Below, piece by piece: positions 57,231-64,000 of a DNA stretch of 64,000 bases (its first letter is position 1; every line of letters starts with the position of its first letter). The notes under the pieces were generated by a model. That model did not search any database and was not told the DNA's origin. It worked only from the letters and a program-made list of their open reading frames with translations. Location: the NCBI GenBank assembly GCA_963716725.1, contig CAVQUB010000015.1, forward strand, positions 448,001-512,000, read 5' to 3'. The position numbers and the translations under genes were made by a program. This stretch comes from an uncultured delta proteobacterium (GTDB lineage Bacteria; Myxococcota_A; Polyangia; Polyangiales; Polyangiaceae).

Positions 57231-57610
57231 CAGGGCTTCCTGGAGCGGGCGATCATCCGACGGACCGAGCGCTCCGTCTCGGCGCCGAGCCAGCCCATGA
57301 CGTATTGCTCCTTGAAGACGAAGAGCGGCACGCCCGGACTACAAATATTCAGCCGCTTCACCTCTTTTGCGAAGCGACGGCGGCCATCTCGATCCTTCTT
57401 CACCTCCCACGACTCGAAGCGCAGGTGCGGGTACTGTTTCTCGAGCTTGGCCACGAAGGGCTTGGCCTTCTCGCAGTGCGGGCAGTCGAAGGCGTGGAAG
57501 AACAGGAACAGCGGGCGCTCGGCGTCCGCCCGCGCCGCACCCGCTGACCCCGCTGCGAGAGCGAAGGCCAGCGCCCCGAGGAGCTTCCGCCTCGACAGGT
57601 GGACCGGCAT
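57230..57610 (-). CDS. Small exported thioredoxin-like protein with Tat-like signal
   Basis: MPVHLSRRKLL...ARA signal; DCPHCEKAKPF, GVPLF. Confidence 0.75.
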   Translation of the reverse strand: MPVHLSRRKLLGALAFALAAGSAGAARADAERPLFLFFHAFDCPHCEKAKPFVAKLEKQYPHLRFESWEVKKDRDGRRRFAKEVKRLNICSPGVPLFVFKEQYVMGWLGAETERSVRRMIARSRKP

Positions 57611-57622
57611 CGTCGCCGGGGT

Positions 57623-57638
57623 TGCACCCTGCGTGCCA
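57623..57638 (-). promoter_or_regulatory. sigma54 promoter of the thioredoxin/SulP operon
   Basis: Minus strand TGGCACG-CAGG-GTGCA (GG-N10-GC conserved). Confidence 0.65.
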
Positions 57639-57792
57639 GCGCTTCTCCGCCTGATCGACGCCGTTGCCCGGCAGTGGGTGCGCGGCCCCTGCCGCGGGCC
57701 GCAGGCTCTGCGCGACGGCGATCGGCCGCGCTCCCACTCTCCCCAAGTGCGGGCGTTGCGCTGATACAGTGCCCTGACCAGGAGGTACGCCC

Positions 57793-59475
57793 TTGCGAGA
57801 AGCGCTGGAAAGACCCCACGCACTACGGAACCAGCACCCGCTCCGAAGGAGGTCACTCCGCTCGATACGTCCGGGCTGGCCGATTGCTGCGTTGGCGTTG
57901 GTGATCGCTTCCGGCTGCGGAGACGAAAACACGGACACGCGCGGCGGAAGCGGCGGGGCCAGCGGGGCGAACGACAGCGGTGTCGATGGGGCTGCGGCGT
58001 CCGGCGCGCTAGGCGGCTCGGCAGGCATGGGGGCATTGGGGGGATCCGCCGGAGTTGGGGGCTCGGGTGGTGCTGCTGGAGGTGCAGACGGCTCCGCCGG
58101 GAGCGCAGGCCAACAGAGCCGGACGTACGCGGCCGACGACACGACGACGCTGCTCAACCCAGAGCGCGGTTGGATGCTTCGAGGAAGCCAAAGCATCTTT
58201 GCCAACGCGCGAGCCGGAGACAGCGACCACCCAGAGGGGTATTCGGTCATCTGGTCTGACATGGGGTCTGCACCCTGGGACGGTTCGAAAGGCAGCCCGT
58301 TCCGCCTCGACAACTACAAGGAAAAGGCGCTCCCCGCGTCGCTGCTGAACGAACTGGCAAGCGTCTTCGACGCCGCGCGCTCCGCGGGCATCAAAGTCAA
58401 GGTGCGCTTTGCCTACAACTACTCAGGGAGCGGCGCCGACACCACGAAAGCGTGGATGGTGAGCCACATCGGCCAACTCGGCCCGGTGTTGACCGGGAAC
58501 GCCGAGGCGATCGCGTCAATGGACCTGGGGTTCATCGGCCTCTGGGGCGAGCTTCACGGCAGCACGAGCCTGGTGAACAGTACACAGCCGTGGTGGTTAG
58601 AACCGTGGATCAGTGCCAGAAACGAGGTTTTGAACGCGTTGCTTGGGGCCACACCCAAGTGGCTCAGCATTGGCAATCGCTACCCGCTCTTCGTTCGACA
58701 ACGATTCGGGGACCCGGGCTATGCGATGAACGTTTCCGGCGCGTTCTCCGGCTCGGATCAATCCCGTGTGGGCTGGTACAACGACTGCTTGTGGACGGAC
58801 AAATCCAACACCGGCACCTATTCCTACGATGTCAGTACCCAGCGAGGTGATCTGGACCGCGACACATTCGAAAAAATCGGTCGTTATGCAGCGACGTCGG
58901 GTGAATCCTGCAGCAGTGCGGGTCTGACTTCGTACAGCACTTGCAGTGCGGTTCTCGCGGACATGGCCTTGCTCAACGGTCCGGACACGCTGTTCAGGAA
59001 GTACTGGACCGGCATCTACGACCGATGGACAAAGGACGGATGCTACGACGAGATCAGTCGTCGCTTGGGCTACCGCTTGCAGTTGGTGTCTGCCACCCTG
59101 CCGACGAAGATCAACGCAGGGTCGCCGCTGTCGGTTACCCTGGACGTTCGGAACACGGGCTTCGGCAAGGTCTACAATCCGCGCCCCATCGATCTCGTGT
59201 TCGTTGGCCCGGGCGGCTCGTTCACGGCGCGTCTCAGCGACGACGCACGCAAGCACCTTCCGCTAGGCGGTCAAACCATCAAGCACGAGTGGAGCGCCAC
59301 AGCTCCGGCAGGTCTTCAGCCAGGACAGAGCTACGCGCTCTTTCTCCGACTACCCGACCCCTCCAGCAAGCTGAGCCCAGATAGCAGGTACGCGATCCGA
59401 CTGGCGAACGCGGGTGGCATTTGGAACGTACAAACCGCCCGGCACGATCTGGGCGCCAGCGTTGACGTCAACTGA
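57793..59475 (+). CDS. DUF4874/DUF4832-like lipoprotein (glycoside-hydrolase-like), lower GC
   Basis: AGGAGG SD plus TTG; IASGC lipobox, Gly linker; NPERGW, VRFAYNY, GFIGLWGELH, RLGYRL, NTGFGKVYNPRP. Confidence 0.75.
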   Translation: MREALERPHALRNQHPLRRRSLRSIRPGWPIAALALVIASGCGDENTDTRGGSGGASGANDSGVDGAAASGALGGSAGMGALGGSAGVGGSGGAAGGADGSAGSAGQQSRTYAADDTTTLLNPERGWMLRGSQSIFANARAGDSDHPEGYSVIWSDMGSAPWDGSKGSPFRLDNYKEKALPASLLNELASVFDAARSAGIKVKVRFAYNYSGSGADTTKAWMVSHIGQLGPVLTGNAEAIASMDLGFIGLWGELHGSTSLVNSTQPWWLEPWISARNEVLNALLGATPKWLSIGNRYPLFVRQRFGDPGYAMNVSGAFSGSDQSRVGWYNDCLWTDKSNTGTYSYDVSTQRGDLDRDTFEKIGRYAATSGESCSSAGLTSYSTCSAVLADMALLNGPDTLFRKYWTGIYDRWTKDGCYDEISRRLGYRLQLVSATLPTKINAGSPLSVTLDVRNTGFGKVYNPRPIDLVFVGPGGSFTARLSDDARKHLPLGGQTIKHEWSATAPAGLQPGQSYALFLRLPDPSSKLSPDSRYAIRLANAGGIWNVQTARHDLGASVDVN

Positions 59476-59502
59476 CCAGGGCGCGAGCCTGACCCGCTTC
59501 GA

Positions 59503-60615
59503 CTACCGCGCCTCTTCGATGGCGCGGTTGTGGTCGTCGAAGCTTCGGCTGAAGCGGTGGCGTCCAGCGCCCGCGGCCACGAAGAACAGGTAGTCGGTCT
59601 TGGCCGGCGCCAGCACGGCCCGCAGCGAGGCTTCGCCCGGGCTGGCGATGGGGCCCGGCGGCAGACCCGGGTGTTTGTAGGTGTTGTAGCGGTTCTTCGG
59701 ATCGCGCAGGAGCGCGGGCGTCACCTTGCCCTGGAAGGTCGAGCAGCTCGGCGCAACTTCCGGTTCGACGACGCAGCCGTAGGCCGCGGTGGGATCGGCC
59801 TGGAGCATCTTGGCTGGCTTGTGCTCGGCGTCGTCGAGCCGATTCAGGTACACGCTGGCGATGATGGGCCGCTCCTCGTCCACCACCGCCTCCCGTTCGA
59901 CGATGGACGCCAAGGTCACGATCTCGTGCTCGGTCCAGTCCCGCTGCTCGCCGAGCGAGCTCAGGGCCCCGGGGTGCTTCGCGGCGAGGGACTCGAAGCG
60001 CTTCCGAAAGGTGTTGACCAAGGTGCGGATCACCTCCGACGGCGCCGAGTTCACGGCCAGATCGTAGGTCGCGGGAAAGAGCAGGCCCTCGACGCTCTCG
60101 CCGCGCACGCCGAGCTCGCGGCGCAGTCCTTCGTCGCGGGCCGCTCGAATGAAGGCGCTCTGTGAGCAGATCTCCTGCTCTTCCAGGCGCCGCGCGAGCT
60201 GCACGTGGTGGAGCCCTTCGGGGACCGCGAGCTTGCGGCGTGGTCGCAGGCGCGAACGCGCCAGGCGCTGGGCGATCTGCCGGGCGCTCAGCGAGTCGTT
60301 CAAGAGATGTGTTCCCGGCTCGAACTCCGAGGCGCTCGAGAACACGCTCGAGTACCAGCCGAAGAGCCGGGGGCTGGTGACCAGGCCGGCTCGCGCGAGC
60401 CGATCCCCGGCCCCGCGTGCGTCCGCGTCGCGAGGCCATTCGACGACGAAGCGCTTGCCCGCGCCGCCGCCGGGCAACATCGCCCATCCGAAGAGCGCGA
60501 CCAGCGGCAAGAGCAGGACGCCGGCTCCGATCGCGATGCCGACCACCAGCGTTCGTCGCGACTTCGCGGGGCGCTTGCGAGGCTTGGCCCGGCGCCGTGG
60601 TCGGCGCGCGCTCAC
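59503..60615 (-). CDS. mltG: Endolytic transglycosylase MltG
   Basis: EGLLFPATY, LASIVEREA, IASVYLNRL, LQADPT, YNTYKHPGLPPGPIASPG, YLFFVA. Confidence 0.95.
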   Translation of the reverse strand: MSARRPRRRAKPRKRPAKSRRTLVVGIAIGAGVLLLPLVALFGWAMLPGGGAGKRFVVEWPRDADARGAGDRLARAGLVTSPRLFGWYSSVFSSASEFEPGTHLLNDSLSARQIAQRLARSRLRPRRKLAVPEGLHHVQLARRLEEQEICSQSAFIRAARDEGLRRELGVRGESVEGLLFPATYDLAVNSAPSEVIRTLVNTFRKRFESLAAKHPGALSSLGEQRDWTEHEIVTLASIVEREAVVDEERPIIASVYLNRLDDAEHKPAKMLQADPTAAYGCVVEPEVAPSCSTFQGKVTPALLRDPKNRYNTYKHPGLPPGPIASPGEASLRAVLAPAKTDYLFFVAAGAGRHRFSRSFDDHNRAIEEAR

Positions 60616-61031
60616 GGCCGGTCCTTGCTCCCATCGAGCCAGCCCTGGAGGATGACTGCGGCGGCCTCGCTGTCCACCAGCGCCCTGGCCTCTTTGGCCT
60701 TGATGCCTCGCTCTCGCAGGCGTGCCGTTGCCTCTTTGGTGCTGAGCCACTCGTCCAGGAGCTCCGTGGCGACGCCGGTCGACGCCGCGAGCTTCTCGGC
60801 GAAGCGCCGGGCTCGCGTGGCCTCGGGTCCCTCTCGGCCGTCGAGCCGCCGGGGCAGCCCGACGATGAAGCGATCGATGCCTTCCTCCTGGGCCAGTCGG
60901 CCCAGGTCCTTGATCAGCTTGCCGAGATCCTTGCCGCTCAAATGGGGGCGCGGGTGCGCGAGCAGGCCGAGGTCGTCGGCCACCGCCAGCCCCACCCGCA
61001 CCGTGCCCAGATCGATGGCGGCTGCCCGCAT
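60612..61031 (-). CDS. ruvX: Holliday junction resolvase-like RuvX/YqgF
   Basis: AIDLGTVRVGLAVAD, IVGLP, DEWLST, VDSEAAAVILQ. Confidence 0.95.
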   Translation of the reverse strand: MRAAAIDLGTVRVGLAVADDLGLLAHPRPHLSGKDLGKLIKDLGRLAQEEGIDRFIVGLPRRLDGREGPEATRARRFAEKLAASTGVATELLDEWLSTKEATARLRERGIKAKEARALVDSEAAAVILQGWLDGSKDRP

Positions 61032-61151
61032 CGGCCGGCTTCTACCACGCGGCGGGCCATGTGCCCGATTTCGCTCAGAGTCCTTGACCGTCCCCCCTCA
61101 CCCGAGCATAAGCGCGGAGCCAATTCGACCCGGTCCCCCGGGAATTCCTTC

Positions 61152-62411
61152 ATGAGCTACCGCGCCGTCAAGGGGATGAACGACATCCTACCGGACGAAG
61201 TGGCCCGCTGGCACGCTCTCGAGCGGGCCTTCCGGGAGACGGCGGAGCTCCATGGCTACGCCGAGATCCGCACTCCCGTGGTCGAAGGCACCGAGCTCTT
61301 CGTCCGCAGTATTGGCGAGGCCACCGACGTCGTCGAGAAGGAGATGTACACCTTCTCGCGCCACAGCGAGTCGCTCACGCTGCGCCCCGAAGGCACCGCC
61401 GGCGCCGCCCGCGCGTACGTCGAGCACAAGACCCACGCGAAAGAGCCGGTGTCGCGCTGGTACTACCTGGGGCCGATGTTCCGGGCCGAGCGCCCCCAAC
61501 GTGGACGCTATCGACAATTCTACCAGGCCGGCTGCGAGATCTTCGGTGATCCCGGCCCCGCCTGCGACGCCGAGATGATCGACATGCTGGTGGGCATGTT
61601 CCGACGGCTCGGGATCCCGGACGTGGTCGCCAGCGTCGGCAGCATCGGCGGCGCCGCGACTCGCGAGCGCTACCGCGAGACCTTGCGCGCCTTCTTGCAG
61701 CCCAAGGCCGGCGAGCTCTCGGAGCACGCGCGGACCCGACTCGAGCAGAACCCGCTCCGCATCCTCGACTCCAAAGATCCCAAGGATCAGGCCGCTTGTC
61801 AGGGTGCTCCGAACATCCTCGAGGTCCTCGACGACGCGGATCGCGCCCACTGGGACGCGCTGCGGGCCCACCTCGACGCCCTCGGGACGCCCTACGTCGT
61901 CGATCCGCTGCTGGTGCGCGGGCTCGACTACTACACTCGCACGCTCTTCGAGCTGAAGAGCAGCGCTGGCGAGCTCGGCGCGCAGAACACCCTCTGCGGC
62001 GGCGGTCGCTACGACGACATGATCCGCGAACTCGGGGGACCGGCGGTGCCGGCCATTGGCTTCGCCATGGGCCTGGAGCGCATCCTGCTCGCGCTGGGCC
62101 CGATGGAACTTCCGAAGCGTCCGCCGTGCTCGGTGGCGCCCCTCGGTGCTCGAGCCGTCAGCAAGGCCCTGGAGCTGGGGCGGGCGCTGCGCGATGCTGG
62201 CGTGACGGCCGACGTCGACGGCCGCGGTAACTCGCTCAAGAGCATGCTGCGGCGGGCCGACGGCCTCGGGGCGCGGTACTGCATCGTGATCGGCGACGCG
62301 GAGCTGGACCGGGGCGTCGTGCAGCTGAAGGATCTCGCGGGCCACTCCCAAGAAGAGCTGCCGCTCGGAGACGTCGTGGCGCGGGTCGCGCACTCGGGCG
62401 GTGCGGCATGA
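61152..62411 (+). CDS. hisS: Histidine--tRNA ligase
   Basis: KGMNDILP, KEMYTF, LRPEGTA, FRAERPQRGRYRQFYQ, VRGLDYY, GGGRYD, GFAMGLER. Confidence 0.97.
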   Translation: MSYRAVKGMNDILPDEVARWHALERAFRETAELHGYAEIRTPVVEGTELFVRSIGEATDVVEKEMYTFSRHSESLTLRPEGTAGAARAYVEHKTHAKEPVSRWYYLGPMFRAERPQRGRYRQFYQAGCEIFGDPGPACDAEMIDMLVGMFRRLGIPDVVASVGSIGGAATRERYRETLRAFLQPKAGELSEHARTRLEQNPLRILDSKDPKDQAACQGAPNILEVLDDADRAHWDALRAHLDALGTPYVVDPLLVRGLDYYTRTLFELKSSAGELGAQNTLCGGGRYDDMIRELGGPAVPAIGFAMGLERILLALGPMELPKRPPCSVAPLGARAVSKALELGRALRDAGVTADVDGRGNSLKSMLRRADGLGARYCIVIGDAELDRGVVQLKDLAGHSQEELPLGDVVARVAHSGGAA

Positions 62412-64000
62412 GACGGCTCCTCGCCTGCCTGATGCTCGTGCTCGGGGTCCTCAGCGCTTCGCCCACCGCCTGGGCGCAGGACCCCTTCGGACCCGGCATC
62501 GCACCGATGGGTGGTCAGCAAGACCCCAAGGCGAAGGCGAAGGCGAAGGCGAAGGCCCCCCCGCCGGGAACGCCCGAGCTTCACGCCGCGGGTGGCGGTG
62601 AGTCGCTCTTGCCGGCCGGCAGTGAGCCCAGCTTGCCCAAGATCCGCTGAAGCTCGGCAAGAAGCTCCAGCTGCGGCTCGGCACCAGCACCCAGCTCGAC
62701 GATCTGTCGCAAGGTCAGACCGGCGAGACCCAGCGCGAGTTCTACGGGCTCTACTACTCCGAGAAGAACGGCGGCTATCGCTTCCGCGTCGCCTTCCCGG
62801 TCTGGGCCGAGCGCACCCAACCCTCGCGCACCCAGCCCAAGGTCGAGGACCGCGCGTCGCTCTTCGGCGGCCTCTACTACAACCGCCGCAGCGCCGAGCG
62901 CGCCGACGACGTGCTGTTCCCGCTGGTCTGGAACATGCGGGATCTCACCGACGGCAGCCGCACCACGGTGGTCGGCCCGTTGGTGAATCGGGTCGCCCCC
63001 GGCGAGCGCGACAACTGGCTCGCGCCGCTCTACTTCACCGGCAAGCGCAAGCACGGCGGCTACACCATCATCCCGCCGCTCTTCACGTATACCCGCACCG
63101 ACGCCGACGGCCAGGGCGGCTTCAACCTGGTCGGCCCGATGTTCTGCTCGTGGAAGGGCGGACAGAACTGCGACACGCGCACCGCCCACGACATCGACTT
63201 CGGCGTCGCGCCCTTCTACTTCTACGGGCAGAACTGAGCAGAGCAAGTACGAGCTCATCCCGCCGCTGCTCCACTACTACAGCTACGACGACCGCGACCG
63301 AGACTTACGTGAACCTGTGGGGCCCGTACTACCGGGAGCACACCCAGGAACGCGAGATCCTCCACTTGTTGCCGCTGTACTGGAGCATCTGGGGGCCAGA
63401 ACGAGCGCCACACCACGCGTGCTGCCCGTTCTTCCACTACGGTCACAAGGGCAACGCGTGCGCTCTTCGTCAACCCGTTGTACCTGCTGCGCCACGGGCG
63501 ACGAGGGCGAGAAGACCTTCGTGACCTGGGGCTACGCGCGCCACCGCGGGCGCACGGAGCTCGACATGATCACGCCGCTGTACTGGCACTACCGAGATCC
63601 AGACATCGGCCTGGACCAGAAGCTGTTCTTCCCGTTCCTCTACTCACGGACCAGCCCCCGGGAGTCCAACCAGGTCTTCTTCCCGTTCTGGGGTCACTTC
63701 GAGCGCTACGGCGTCAGCGAGACCACCTGGATCACGCCCTTCTTCCAGCACACCACCGATCTGCGGGGCTGGGAGACCAACATCCACCCGATCTTGTACC
63801 TCGGCCGCAGCGGCCAGAGCTCGCACACGGTCGTGGCGCCCTTCTTCTGGGACTTCGTCGACCGGGATTCCCGCGCCACGGTCGGCTTCCCGGTCTACTG
63901 GCGCTTCAGCGATCGCGACAGCGTCAACCAGCTGGTGGGCAACGTGTACTATCGCGAGAAGAAGCTCTCGAGCGGCCTCGACTGGGAGATCCACGTCTTC
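62408..64000 (+). CDS. Large exported protein with Pro-aromatic beta-repeats (indels; runs off the window end)
   Basis: Signal peptide MRRLLACLMLVLGVLSASPTAWAQ; repeated (L/F/V)xP(L/F)(Y/F)W motifs across several frames. Confidence 0.7.

Noticed and set aside
62528..62555. (AAGGCG)n repeat as a phase-variation tract
   Set aside because: In-frame hexamer encoding a KAKAKAK linker, so it cannot switch frame

Overview
High-GC (about 70%) chromosomal segment from a myxobacterium, most likely Myxococcota/Polyangiaceae-like. The evidence is Ser/Thr kinases, FHA- and REC-type sigma54 activators, many Cys-rich lipoproteins and a TonB_C-fused TonB-dependent receptor. It holds about 55 CDSs, including housekeeping genes (groEL, greA, bamD, bamB-like, dut, accD-folC-yajQ-glmM, nagZ, tkt, mltG, ruvX, hisS), two tRNAs (Gln-CTG, Glu-CTC), two MacAB-type ABC systems and a VapBC-type TA pair. 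No transposase, integrase, prophage or CRISPR array was seen. Highlights: (1) a lipoprotein (46932-48226) whose 28 central cysteines have perfectly mirror-symmetric spacing, predicting a long disulfide-ladder hairpin; (2) a 28-bp XerCD dif-like site at 21170-21197, flanked by a cluster of short tandem duplications; (3) many apparently leaderless genes, including two behind sigma54 promoters; (4) a sigma54-driven module of SH3-NlpC/P60 hydrolase, beta-propeller and somatomedin-B lipoprotein; (5) a lower-GC gene bracketed by a 9-bp direct repeat. Several conserved genes carry indels, densest at 27.6-29.9 kb, 47.9-48.0 kb and 62.6-63.5 kb. These are most likely sequencing or polishing errors. All calls come from reading motifs by eye, and no database searches were run.
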